A stretch of 64,000 nt of DNA from Saccostrea echinata (lineage: Eukaryota), in the NCBI RefSeq assembly GCF_033153115.1, contig NW_026889751.1, positions 9,486,001 to 9,550,000 on the forward strand. Reading direction: 5' to 3'. The stretch's first letter is position 1. Every line of letters starts with the position of its first letter. Under the pieces are notes generated by a model. The model saw only the letters and a program-made list of their open reading frames with translations. It searched no databases and had not been told where the DNA came from. Below, piece after piece: positions 38,140-51,430 of the stretch. The translations under genes were made by a program, and so were the position numbers.

Positions 38140-40116
38140 TCATCGATGTTTTGAAGAAGAAGGAATAATTTCTCGCCATGTGAAGTAAGGTTTGTGTTTA
38201 GATCTAGATCGCTGTTGTTTTGAAAATGATTCTTTCTCATTTTTTCGAAGTTCACGTCTTTGGTCTTTAAGTTGCCGTTCTTCTCTTGTCCTTTGATTTT
38301 CTAGAATAAGACGCTGCCTGCGCTGATATTCTATGAGCTGTTTTTCTCTGAACAAATCAACCCCGGAACTAATTCTAGGTGGAGATGGTGGTTTATATGC
38401 AGTTGGTTGAGATTCCGTTGATGTTGCTGTCTTAGTTGTAGTTATAGATGGTGGTTTAGTAGAAACAGAATAAGCGACCATGTACTTGAAGTCATTCACG
38501 TAAGGTACAGGTTTGTTCCACCAATGGGAGTCTCTTTGAAAAGCCGCTTCAGGCAAACGTCGAGATCCCAGTTGCCCTTGCTGCCAAAAGGGAACAATTT
38601 TTGTTTGAATACTAGAACTTTGTTTCTGTTGATTTCGATTTAAAATTTGTTCCCTATTTGAAAAGTTTGAATATGTAGATGATTTGTTTCTTTTTGATTT
38701 GTGCTCCCAAACTGGGCGTTTTGAATTTGTAGATGACTTACTTGCCACGTGTTCCTCTTGTTTATTAAGTTCCAGGGGTGTTTCATCTACTGGGGTGTCT
38801 AGAACGTGCGCATTTGGGATTTCTTCCGTGAACGGACTTTGAGGGATATTATTTGAGTGTCTTCGAGGAGGTGACCACCAATCTCTGTTAGCATAATTAG
38901 ACTGTCCTTGAATCAGTTCTAATTCTCTTTGTTTCTTTAAAGCTATTTCTATTTGTAATTCTCGTTGTCTTTTTAACTCGATTTCTCTACGCATTTCAGC
39001 AATTTTTTGGAGACGTTGTTGGATGTACATGTGCTGTTTTTCCATTGGCGATAACCCCATTTCGTGTCTGTTGTTTGTTGTGATTGTGTCAGCTTGTTGT
39101 CTGTTTTTTAAGTGGTCACATTTCCATGGTTCAAAAGAGTGCAATTCAGATAGTGGTGTTGGATTTTGGAGCCATTTGATTGTTTTATCAACAGAAACAA
39201 TATATACATCGTCCATTTTCAGTAAAGTATTTATAAACCTGTCCATGGCATTTAGTCGATCTGCAATATAAAACCAGGACGGATGCATGTTGATCCCAAA
39301 TGGATTTCTTGAAGTGGTATAGTAACTGTTAAAGTTATCCATGAGAAACTGGTAGGCAGAAGCTTCGTTTGGTGGTGGGTTATTGCAGCCATCAACGTAA
39401 ACGCAATCATATTTATGCTTGTAGTCCAACAAAGAAACGACTGGTACTTCCCAAAATCCGGAGTGACGCCTCTTAGGACAAGGTTTGACTTTGCAGTCAT
39501 AGGGCCAACCAAAATCAAGTGTAAAGGGTGTGGGTGCTTTATCAGTTAATTTTCTTTTACTGAAAGTAAGAGTAGCATCGTACAAGTATCCAAGTTCCTT
39601 GAGTTTTTCGGGCTGCATGTCCCCGACGGGTTCTAGAAATGGGCTTCTCCATCCTACAATCTCGTTTTCAGGTACTCCGCCGAACTTTGAGAGATTTCTT
39701 TTCTGTTTCTTTGCCTCTTGCATGAAGTTTGAAGCTTTCATATGACTATGTGTTACACTGTGGGAAGCAATTTCCATCCCCCTCTTGTAGAAATCTTTTA
39801 CATTTCGATAGATGGTGTCTTGATGTGATATGAACATTGTCATCGATATTGGACATCTGTTTGGGTTCAATCTGGTTTCATTAAAAAGCTTTCTATAAAA
39901 TTTTGAGGCAGCATCAGTTAAAGCATCGTCAAAAGTAAAGTACACAATTTGCGGTGTGTTTTTTAACGGAATTGGTAGATTAAGCTCACTTCGGCAACAG
40001 AAGCAATCTGGGGCTTTACACGTTTCATCGTTTTGACATTTTACACAAGGACTTAATAGTTCCACCACGGTGCATATTCCACACAGGACAGCAAGTTTAA
40101 GAACAGTTTTCATCAT
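38140..40116 (-). CDS. Secreted chitin-deacetylase-like polysaccharide deacetylase (CE4) with a long low-complexity C-terminal tail, ~658 aa, intronless ORF
   Basis: Signal peptide; CKAPDCFC; CE4 motifs TFDD, HSVTH, RSPFL, YDAT and GINMH; WEVP; KWLQNPTPL...FEPWKC domain end. Confidence 0.92.
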   Translation of the reverse strand: MMKTVLKLAVLCGICTVVELLSPCVKCQNDETCKAPDCFCCRSELNLPIPLKNTPQIVYFTFDDALTDAASKFYRKLFNETRLNPNRCPISMTMFISHQDTIYRNVKDFYKRGMEIASHSVTHSHMKASNFMQEAKKQKRNLSKFGGVPENEIVGWRSPFLEPVGDMQPEKLKELGYLYDATLTFSKRKLTDKAPTPFTLDFGWPYDCKVKPCPKRRHSGFWEVPVVSLLDYKHKYDCVYVDGCNNPPPNEASAYQFLMDNFNSYYTTSRNPFGINMHPSWFYIADRLNAMDRFINTLLKMDDVYIVSVDKTIKWLQNPTPLSELHSFEPWKCDHLKNRQQADTITTNNRHEMGLSPMEKQHMYIQQRLQKIAEMRREIELKRQRELQIEIALKKQRELELIQGQSNYANRDWWSPPRRHSNNIPQSPFTEEIPNAHVLDTPVDETPLELNKQEEHVASKSSTNSKRPVWEHKSKRNKSSTYSNFSNREQILNRNQQKQSSSIQTKIVPFWQQGQLGSRRLPEAAFQRDSHWWNKPVPYVNDFKYMVAYSVSTKPPSITTTKTATSTESQPTAYKPPSPPRISSGVDLFREKQLIEYQRRQRLILENQRTREERQLKDQRRELRKNEKESFSKQQRSRSKHKPYFTWREIIPSSSKHR

Positions 40117-42926
40117 CAAATTTTTTTCAGAAGATATTTAAAATCTTGGTTCAGCTTATTCAATTTTACAAAATAAAAACATTGGCTGAACAGGTATCCT
40201 TGCTTAACTCCAATTTGAACAGGAAACTTTTACTAAGGCGAAACCTAAGCTATATATTCCAGATATAAAATCTTAGGTCCACACTAGTCCGACTGTTCTC
40301 TTTGGACGTTGAAAAGCAATAGACTTCTTAATATATTCAGCTGTCAGCTGTAGTCAAATTACGTTGTAGGCAGGACGCTTGTCAAGAAAACACTGCTTAT
40401 GTATGAGTTCTCTATATGCCTAGAGGCACAGGGTTCCCTGTCACAACGTAAAATGAAGAGGAAAGTAATTTTCGTCACCTTTTATAAATTTGGTGAAAAA
40501 TGCATTAATGAATTTCACTTTGTAATTGCTTGCATTAAATTAACAGCAGCCCAGATGCCCTTCTAAATTAGCCAGGATTTATGTTATTAATTGTTCAGTA
40601 ATGAATACAGGATTTGTTAATTGAGGATTCGGAAAATGAATAATTCATCATCTTTTTTTAATACTTTTGATGATCAAAACATAAGTTGTTCTTATTATGA
40701 TAGTTTGACATAAAAAGATTGAGTGGTATATCGGAAAATATTCATTTAGAGACAAAACATTTATATCTCATCAATCGATACATTGTTTCATATCCTAGAG
40801 TGATGTAACACAGGAATGTTAATTGATCAACCACGGAACATGCTTTCCAAAAATCTTGATGCTTTTTGATTTTTTAAATCTTATTTTTTTTAATTTGAGA
40901 AAGCACTGTTTGTGAACTTATTTTGAACTGATGTTGAATTTGATTTTCATGTAAATAAACAGAGTAAAAATATTTTTTATTTGCATATTCAACTTTTTGG
41001 AATCAATTATATACTCTCACGTTAGCAAACACCTGTGACAAAATGAATTAATAAGAAGACATTGCATCTGGTATATTTGAATTGTTTTTATAAAATCGCA
41101 GCAATTTTCATACGGCGATAAATAAAGTCTGCTGTAACAATTTAATTCCAAAAAGTCTTTGGATAGTAGTGTGGTTATTTGGATAGTAGTTTAAATGTTA
41201 TGGATAGTGGCTTGTTTTTCGTGGATAGATGCATATTTGTTTGGTGGATTTTGCAAATTTGGCCATTCATCTTTTGAGAGAGATTAATTAATTCTTTCTA
41301 ATTTTTCAATAAAATTGTGTTATGGGACATTTTTCTTGTATTACCAGTAACCAATTTATAATTAAAAATTTACCCGTACATCATATCGCAAATTAAAAAA
41401 ACTATTACACATTACAAATCAGACATAGACATCACAATACCGATTAACCTTTTTAACAAGCAGAACCGAAAAGAAAGGGTTCTTAATTAGATACATTCAC
41501 CCAGAGCGGAAGTCGAACAAACAGAAAAAAATGACCCATGACTCCTGAGTGACATGCCTAGCTAATAAATAATAAGCAGTGACAGCCTCAGCGCTCTGAT
41601 TTGTCATTTAATGGCATTTATTTATGCACATGCGCCTGACTGTTAACGTGCATTATGATTATTTACATAAAAATTAAAATCCTTCTCTTTTATCGTTCCA
41701 AAATTAATTTCCGTTTTGGCATTGAGGAAACGAGAACTCTCAATAAGTAACGTTCTTGTAATGAAAATTGTGCAGATTGTGACATCATCACTTCTTTGAT
41801 TACCGATGCAGACAGCATTTCATATTTAATCCCAAGATTCAGATAATATATCATGACCACATTTTGATGTACACTTTGTTTAATCTGGAATTTTTTTTTT
41901 ACCTCTTGATAAGTTATTAGTAAAACATTGAGTTTCTTGGAACTGGTTCTCTGTCCTTGATTCCAGTCGCCGCCGCTAGGAAAATTTACAAATAAATTTT
42001 TCAAGGCGCTTGCCCTCATTAACCAGGGTACCAGTCTAATATGTACATATGAGAATCGTGGATCAGGAAAGTGTCCAAACACAAAAGAAGCCGCTTTCCT
42101 TCAGACAATGGTCTTAAAACTTACTAAGTGTCCATGTTTTCTAGATGGGAGAATCCAAAATCATTTTAGGCTACTTTAAAATATCAATCCTAAGGGATCC
42201 GGACCCCCTTGACCGTCTTTCTGAATCCGACTATGAGTCGGCTATGAGCTATCCCAAGAATAGTAAAATTTCTTGATTTCTTTGCAAGAACAGTAAAATT
42301 TCTTTCTTTGGAAACAAAAACTGAAAACCATAGGAAGCTATTTCAACTGCATTTCAAGAAAAGTTCTATCTCTTTATAAGTGTCTGACTTCTGCCCACAT
42401 TACATTTTCGCTTCTACTTTCAAGCACGGTGATAGGGCAAATACTAGTATTTCTGGATCACTTTTCTAAATAAGTACTCATTTATTGATTTGATTCATTT
42501 GAAATGTTAAGAATATTGACCCCATCTGCTTTTTTAGATTAAAGTCAATTTATTCCTGCAAATTAACAAATGGAAGGCAGGCCAGACTTATCTAAAGGTT
42601 GTCAAAAATACTATGTCCAGCGAGGATTGTTTGGGCAATACAAAATGAAATCCATCATATGGAAGGCAATATCTGTTTGAATTAGAATTTAGAACTGCAG
42701 TAGAAATACCGTTTATAAGTCATTCAACTATCAAAGGACCAATTCTGGATATGTAACATGAAAAAACAATTGCTTCAAAAGGCCAATTGAGCAACATAAT
42801 TCTCTAAAGGACACGTCAGTGCAATTGAAAAAAAATGTCCATAAATATGGTATCATTAATCTTTTACTACAATTTCGATATACCCACTATCATAAGGCAG
42901 TTAATGCTCACATAGGACTCATTATT

Positions 42927-43162
42927 CATGGCCGTAGGAACCGGGGGGCCGTGCCCCCCCCCTCCCCATAATTTTGCCGATATATAGATTACTATAGTAA
43001 ACATAGATACTATATGCTTGTGCCCCCTTAATAAAAACGTCTGATGACCTTTTTTTTTTTTTTTTGCTTGTCAGGAAATTTTTGGTAGTGCCCCCTCAAC
43101 TGTCAACTGAAAAATATGTGGCTGTGCCCCCACCCCCAAATGAAATTGCTTCCTATGGGCCT
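42927..43162 (-). mobile_element. MITE, same family as 11775-12026
   Basis: Reverse-complement similarity over the whole length; flanked by attatt repeats. Confidence 0.75.
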
Positions 43163-44394
43163 GATTATTATTATTATTTTTTAGATATAAACCTGAATTT
43201 AACCTCTTTTCGTTTTCTGATGTTTTCTTAGTATAGAACGTAAAAAAAAGAAGATTTTTGAAGTCTGGACCGAATCTTTGGTCAAATTCCGTGGAATCTT
43301 GGTTAAAATTCTGTGGAAAAAATCGCTACGCAAGTTAAGAAGTATTTGGTCACTTTCTTGTAGAATGATTATCATGTTTTTATACCTCAGATATCGAACA
43401 ATGGAGGGAGGGTCCATCAAACGATAAGAACGAAAATATCAAAGTTATACTGCCATCCACCAGCTCCCCCTAAAAAAATGTATTAAAGGGCATCATAATA
43501 GATTAATGTGAGAGATAATTATCAAAATCCACCCTCCCGTTATTAAAACCCGTCAAAATGAAATAATTTGCGAGATGATCAATATTTTTCTGAAAAGTGA
43601 TTGTATTTTATTAGTGGAACAAATTACCATAATTTGGTTACGATATTAGTACTTTATTTTTTTTTTCGTTGTTTATCATATGTCTTTGTGACATATATAT
43701 AAATTATATATATATTAGTGTTTCTGTTATAAACCATAAAAATTTGGTTTAATGTCTTAGTTTAAATGTAAATATTTCACCGTATCTCATTTTAATATAA
43801 ATTTAACTTATATTTACTCTGAAATAAAGTCATTCAACTTAAAATGATAGAGGAATGACCTTACGAAAGAAATGAAGAACGGTCATATACTAGTATATAT
43901 ACCAGTTTGATAACGTGGTGAAGCCAAAGCTGTCAACTTCGTCCTTCTAATTGGGGTGTTATCTTCATTAAATTTTCTTTAATTTTTCTTTCTTTCCCCC
44001 CCCCCCCCCCCCCATAAATTTACGTTTACGTATTTTCAGCCAATAACGTGAATCTACGTGAACCTACAATGTTTTCATAATTATGAGAAAAAAAGAAGCA
44101 AACATTTCTTCCGGAATTCAAAAGAACATTTGGCAACACAAATTCGATATTGTGTATTGTTTTCAGTGTAATTGCATGTTTCAGATGAAAAAAAAACCTC
44201 TTTGTTAATGTGTGTATCTTTTGGTTGTTATTTACCTTCCTCTTTCAAGAAGCAACTAATTCATGCAGTAAACTTTTTCTTTTGCTTTTTTAAAAAGATA
44301 TGAAATTATATATATAATATATCAACCGGGATTTTTTTCGGGGGGGGGGGGGGGGGATTCAGAATGCATTTAAACTCCAAACCAATTCTATACG

Positions 44395-44870
44395 ATTTAT
44401 ATGGTGTCGAGTAAACATATATATGATGTTGTGTAAACAGATTCTACACATATGATGTTGTCTTTGTTGTGTAAACATCATACATGTATATGGTGTTCGA
44501 TAAACATAAATATACATTAATTTTATATGGTGTTGTGTAAACATTCTACACATGTATCACAGGCTTTTGCTTCTGTAATAATTCTTTAACCCATAGTACA
44601 TTATAATAATTTGGGTTAAAAAAATTTATTACAGAAACAAGTGTCTGTGTTATAGATGGTGTTGTATAAACATTCTATACATATATGGTGTTGTGTAAAC
44701 ATTCCACACGTATATAGTGTTGTGTAAACATTCTACATGTATAATTCAGTTCTTTATTTTCTCTATGCAATATGGCACATCAGAAATATGACACATGTAC
44801 AAAATGAACAATAATACGGATAACACTTTACATGTTTATGGTGTGAAAACATTCTACATGTATATGACGT
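44395..44870. repeat. Degenerate ~30-bp minisatellite (atatggtgttgtgtaaacattctacac) interrupted by a ~100-bp foldback element (44555-44653)
   Basis: Repeat units visible on both sides of an inverted repeat tatcacag...ctgtgtta. Confidence 0.75.
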
Positions 44871-45819
44871 TTTGATATTTTAAGGAATTTGATTATACCA
44901 GAATTATGATATATCAAAAAAGTCCACAAAAATAATCACTCCTCTAACTAAACACAGCTCTGAGTAGTTTTAATTATAAAAATTCCCTGGAACATATGAT
45001 CTGATTGTGAGGTGTGGGTTACACAAAACATTTCTATATAAAAAAAATTATTTATGTGCGAGGTTCTTTATCAGAAAATTAAACAGGAAATTTACGTTTA
45101 TATGCAAAAAAAGAAGAGATAACATAGATGGCATGAAAAATGGATGTGAAGTCAGCAAAACCCCAGCTTCCTGGAACAAATCACCATTCACGAAAGCAGA
45201 AAAACCACAGATGCAGAATAATAGACCACCTTTAGAAGTATACCATGACAGAAAATGATGGTATTTGTAATTTATTTGTTTTTTTTCTTCACCATATTCT
45301 TTTTTCCGACCAATATATAAGGGGCTATTGATAAAAGTTACAATACTCTTTAAATTTATAGTGGTTTGTGGTGTAATTTCACCTAGACGATGTCTAGAAA
45401 TTAATTTAACTCTTGTCTGTTCTAAGATAAAGTCATTTGACTTGGAATGAGATATGCTTTCTTGCGAGTCAGTTTGATCTGCCTAGTGGAAACAAAGTTC
45501 GAAGGAGTCTTTCTATGTGTTTTGTTTTCAAAGAAATGTTTATTTGCGAAATGATTTTGAAGTGCATATATTTTAACGTAATTCACTCCCTCTTTTTATA
45601 AAATACTTCCACACTTCGTGAATATATCAGATTTTGCACAATGTAAAGATATCAAAAAATTATGTTTACGCCCATTCTTTAAGATGAGTCGACTTTTTTC
45701 CCGTTATTAGGGCTTTAATTATAGAAAGTAGACATAACTTCTAATTGATAATTATTTCCGATTATCAATTGATAACCATGATAAGCCATAAGTCACCTTT
45801 ATGTCTTGCTAGCAATATG

Positions 45820-46570
45820 AAGAAGAGGCTCATTGGCCACAATGCTCACCTGAGTCAAATTGGCCCTTCTGTTCTTCATCAGCAGATCCCCCCCCCCCCC
45901 CCATATATTTCTATGTAAAACTTTGATCGCCTATTGTGGCCTGATCCTACCCCCGAGGATCATGATTTCAACTTTTAATCTGAACCTTACACTACCTGCT
46001 TTCTTATTAATATGACTAATCAAGGCTTTGCTGTTCCTGAGAATGAGAATTTTAAAAGATTTTTCTAATATATCTCTATGTAAAACTTCGATCTCCTAAT
46101 ATGCCTACACCCTACCCCCAGAAGCCATGATCTGAACAAAATTAAATCTACACTACCAGACGATGCCAGAGGATTTCGCAGTAATAGATAGTTTTCATAT
46201 GACAGATTTTTTCTCCGAGTTATTTCCCTTGGCCGCCATCTTGGTGGTCAACCTGATAATTTTTCCTCTTTGTCTTACCAAATCTAAGAGGGTGTAGCAG
46301 AAATATTTGGGGAAAAATCTTTATAGAATAAAAATTATGAAATAAAGGAGGCTTTAACAAATGTATATTTTTCAGAAAAACAATGCTTCTTACCCTACAA
46401 TGGCGAGTATAAAAAGTTAAAGTTGGTTGAATAATGAAGGAATATGATCATGTTGACCTCCAATATGGCGGCCAACGGGAAATAACTCTTGCTAATTTGG
46501 GCCTACTGAAAACTATCTATATGTCTAATCATGACTTTGCTGTTCTTGAGAAGAAGAGTTTTATATTTAC
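45820..46570 (-). mobile_element. Degenerate HINE 3' part with a nested inverted-repeat element (~46187-46520)
   Basis: aagaggctcattggccac...gctcacctgag end plus monomer remnants; internal IR gttatttcccttggccgccat / atggcggccaacgggaaataac. Confidence 0.6.
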
Positions 46571-48491
46571 TATTAGACTATTCAATTTAAGTGCTTCGAT
46601 TTTTGCTACAAAAACACCTAACAAAAAAATTACAATATACAACTAATTGTGACGAATTTGTTAAAGTTGGATTCAAAGTTAATTAGCAAAAATTCAATAT
46701 TTAAAGGAGGTATTAAACTTTTTAAATTTACGACTCTTTTCTATTTTAACCACAAACTCTGTAATACACACCTAAAATGAGTAAAACACTTTGATACTCC
46801 TTTGTCTTTTACTTATAAAAATCCTTATTTGCTTGACAGTAATGCCATTGTGATGTATTACTGCTGTTTAATATGCCGGAAATAAAAATCTTACGTTTTA
46901 TTTAGTAAGAATAATTAGAATATCATGTAAAAATCATTGTGATCTTAATGTACTTCGTATAAAGTATTTGATTTTGCTGAATGAAATAAATGTTCTGTTT
47001 CAGGTGTTATTTATATCTGCATTTTTTTTGGAAACTACTGACATTATTTCATCAATATGTGTTGTCATCGACATGTTTCCTTCCTTGTAATATTTTTTTC
47101 ATCTTAATTCCGATAACACTGATATCAGCTGACTTTCTGTTTTTATACCAAGGCGAGTGAACATTCTGTTTTTATCCTGAATGCCTGTCTGTCATACATT
47201 CATGTCCGTACAAGGTTCAAGTTATACTCCGAACTTTTGATTGAAATTGGTTCAAACAATTTTATGTTGTTCCATGCTGTTTCTTATGCCCCGAAGATTT
47301 ATCTTGCTTTTGAATCAATATACAATCTCAAAGGCCAAGGTCACTACATAATATTATTTTGAAACCATGTAATACTCTTGCACCCTTGATTGGACATTAA
47401 GCGTGTTTTAGCCTGTGACCTAATTAAAATAAACTGTGTTCTGGATAACATGTCCACTTTAGAAAGCTCTCTTGAATGGACCCCTATGTTGCATATTTTG
47501 GATAAATATTCTTATTTAAAATAGTTCATTTTTAGAACAAAACCTGGCATTTATCAACAAATATTTGTTATTATAGGTCTCGATGCTTATGTCGGTGAGA
47601 CCAGAATGTTGCTCTATGTCGTTGTTATGATATTGAAAGCACCCCTAATGTTTTAAAGCTCAAATGATGGTGGTGACGATCACGCATTTCACTGGGAGGG
47701 AAAAATCCTATTTTGACAACAAAGTTTCAAAATATGACAGGTACTCTATTTTTGAAAATAAACTAGATGTAATCAGTATGTACACTGATATTCAAGAACC
47801 ATGCAGGAACTTGATAAATTAAAGACTCACTCTGAACAGAGACGTATATACTCTGTCTATGCTCTGAAAGGGGACTTTTAAAGTTTGCTTTTTTTTTTTA
47901 AATTTACAGCTTTAATTTTGTTTAAACCACATACTCTACCAAAGATTTACAAAACATAAAACAAAGTTAATATACTTTGAGGTGCTGCAAAAGAAATTGA
48001 AAAAGAAATAATTCCGCTCTAAAACGAGTACAATTTGATCAGCCCTTTGTCTTGTACTGAAAAAAAATCCCCATTTGCTTGGCAGTGATGCTCTTGTGAT
48101 TTATAATAAAAGTTAATATGCCAGAAATAATTTTTTTTCCCTTGACTACTATATAAAATGTACTTTGTGTAACAGCATTTGAGTTTGCTGAATAATTTTC
48201 GAAGACACGTGATTGCAGCACTTGTGATTTCCGTTTGATATATGGTGACAATGAAATGATTGAACTGACCTTCTGTTGATGTCCAGACAGAGAGTGGGCG
48301 TACTGTTCTCCGTCAGTCATAAGATTGTGTCCAGCCTATCCCCTGAACTTTTGACTAAAATAAGCTCAAACATTTGTATGTTGTTCCGTACTGTTCCCTA
48401 TGCCAAAAATATTTGCCTTGATTTTGACTCAATGCCATATCTCAAAGGTCAAGGCTATAATGCGTTGGACAATTATGTTTGTTGTATTTAA

Positions 48492-48850
48492 GGACATACG
48501 CAAAGTAGTTTGAACTTTATTATTGTCCTTTTCCCTGGATTTGAAGAGTTCCAACACTTGAAGGAACTGTGTGCTACATTTTTAATGTCTTAATATATGC
48601 TGTTGTACACTTCTTCTAAGACAAATTTGGATAAACAAAACACCTAGAATATATGTTTAGGAATTTTTGTATATTTTTCTTCGAATTATACAAGAATTTT
48701 CATCAACTGATATCTTTTCAAAACCCCTGATAATAGTCATAATACATGCTGATTTTTTTTGTCTACGAACATCTGATGGCACTATAATCTCAAATTAAGA
48801 ATATCTTGAAAAATTATCAGTAGGTAAGGTAAAGTACGTTGCATATGTCC
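48492..48850. mobile_element. Kolobok-like MITE with TTAA TSD
   Basis: ttaa|GGACATACGCAAAGTA ... TACGTTGCATATGTCC|ttaa. Confidence 0.7.
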
Positions 48851-51036
48851 TTAATTTACTCTTGAGCACTGATTGAAATGGATTCAAACTTAATTAAGCG
48901 TGTTTAATTTTAGTCCGTGAATTCAAATAATATAGGGTTATTGAACATATATTGGTGATTACGATTTGGCGCTGTACAAATGCATGAGATTGCGAGTGCA
49001 TTTGTGCAGCCAACGAGTGCCAATATTCACCAATTTAAGTTCTGTAACTCCTTTATTATATAGCTTAAACATTTTCCCATAGATGTTTATCAGTTATTCA
49101 AATGAATTAACTAAAAATTAATAAGAATTATTAAATATCGGTATTTACATTAAAAATACGCTGTATCAGCGTCTGTCTTACAGTCGAGGAGGTCTTCAAT
49201 CTTTCCAATGACCTTACCAAGCCTTACGAATAGCTATCTTAAAGAAGTTTTTACTGAGGCTTACGTTATATGCATTAAATTATTAATTACTAATTTTTAA
49301 AATGTATTAAATTATTTCTAAAATTACTAATTTAATGTATTAAATTATTAATTACTAATTTAAGTTTTATGATGAAGTAGACATACCTTACCTAGCTGCA
49401 CTACCCATCATAAATGTTACCGTTGACTGTTTTACCAGAAGACATTTTTTTTTTTTTGGTTTACAACGGCGCGTTCGATATTGAATGCTCGCATTAGGAA
49501 TGTTTCGAGCAGTAGTCGTATACGTAATGCGAATTTACCGTTCAAATAAACGCCAATATATTTTTCAAACGATTTAATTCTCAAGGCTTTTAGTATTATT
49601 TTTTTTGTTATTGTTAGTCTATTTATTAGCCATATAATGAAGCTGTGTTCGGGATTACGTTCAAGATCTACACGTAGCTATTTGGAAATATCCAGCTTTC
49701 CTGAATGGAGCTTAACTAGCCGATTGGCGTCTGATTTTGGATACAAATACCTTTAAAGTTAATTTTCAATAGTTAGGTACTAGTCTTCACATCTAATATG
49801 CATTATATGCTAGCTTTCCTTTGTTTAATTTACTGTTATCGTTCAATATACGTGGCTCTAAGTAGAGCAACATGTTAATAACCCCTTTGATCTTAAACAC
49901 ATCCCTGATCTTATCTGAAGTTTTAAATATCAAATGAACACTTGGCATTGGCATCTTGAATCAACGTTACAAATGATGTCAAGTCAACAACTCTGTAGGG
50001 TTAGTTAAAAACGTTTACATTGCTCACCATTAGATATATGTTTTCGATTGATTTAAATACATACATATATATATATACATGTATAACTCTCTCTCTCTAT
50101 ATATATAACCAAGGTCACATACAGCTGTATAGTGATCAACAAGCGTATACTGGGAGGAGAGACACACGACTTTGACGTAATTGCTTTCTTCTTTTTTCAT
50201 TCATTCATATCTTTTTTATTATAATTCAATACAAGTAGCCATCAATTTCAGCAATTTCCCATCATAAACTACAGGTGTAGTTAAAATATTGGTTCTTGGG
50301 TTGCAAAAGTATACAAAATTATTTGCTTTAGGACAAATTGATAAACTGTCGGAAAAAAATCGGCATTCGTCTTTTAGGAAATTTGTGACAGTTAATCAAT
50401 GAGGCTGTGTCGATTTAATATTATTACCATGTACTTCTTTCTTTTGAAGGAAGGAAACCAACGAAATAAATCATCTATAATCAATCAGTCATCTTATCAA
50501 TTCATTCGAACGATCCATTATTTGTGTCATTCGAAAATTTTCAAATCAAAATCTTAGAAGAGAATGTAATTAAACCGTTTTGTAACGTTTAATAAAAACG
50601 CAAGTCACCATTTACGTCTTACAATTTGTTTTTAAAACTAGAGAAAATCCCGCATTTTAGCGGAAGAGTAATTTACATTTACCTTGATTATTAACCTGCC
50701 CAAGTCTGCCTCCCCCTGCTCACTGGGATTTTGAACTGAATATCGTTCATTTTAATACAGTTAACTAATGTTTAAAACAATCATTTTGGATACGAGCTTT
50801 GCAGTGTTTCATTAAGCATCTCCAAGAAACATCAGATTTCAGTAATCCATGAACTCTATACAGAAACCCGTCACAAATTATACTCCTTTCCCCTACTTTC
50901 ATAATGTTCAGTGTTGTAATTATAAATGAATATGTACTAGGACATGTATTTACCGGTATAAATATGAGTTAGTGAGTTTTCCTTATGTCTACCATCAAAA
51001 CCTCCATTTGAGTTGAAAACTAAGTCATTAATCCGC

Positions 51037-51127
51037 TAGCTGCAGAGCTGTAGCGTTATTGTTTTATATTTTAGTCTTTTACCATAAGACTAAAATATAA
51101 AACCACACCGCTACATTTCTGCAGCTA
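51037..51127. mobile_element. 91-bp foldback mini-transposon with 9-bp TSD
   Basis: ttaatccgc|TAGCTGCAGA...TCTGCAGCTA|ttaatcctc; the arms pair almost to the centre. Confidence 0.8.
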
Positions 51128-51254
51128 TTAATCCTCCGGCTATTAGTCAATTTTTGCTGACTTCGATTGTTTAAAAAAAATTAAAATTATCACTGGAGAA
51201 AAAAGAAATTCCTCTAAGAGGTCCATTGAAATTTTACAGATAACCAATTTTTCT

Positions 51255-51430
51255 TCCGTTAAAATGTCCACTAAAGTTCCCGCTAAAACGTCCGTTTACA
51301 CCTTTTCAAATTTCGCTATTTACAATGTCCGTGTACAACTTTACAAATTCCGCTAAAATGTCCGTTTACAACTTTACAAATTCCGCTAAAATGTCTGTTT
51401 ACAACTTTACAAATTCCGCTAAAATTTCCA
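51255..51430. repeat. Tandem ~32-bp repeat (aaaatgtccgtttacaactttacaaattccgct), 4-5 copies
   Basis: Visible directly. Confidence 0.8.

Noticed and set aside
41690-42082. 130-aa ORF as a possible hAT transposase relic
   Set aside because: No convincing catalytic motif or TIRs.
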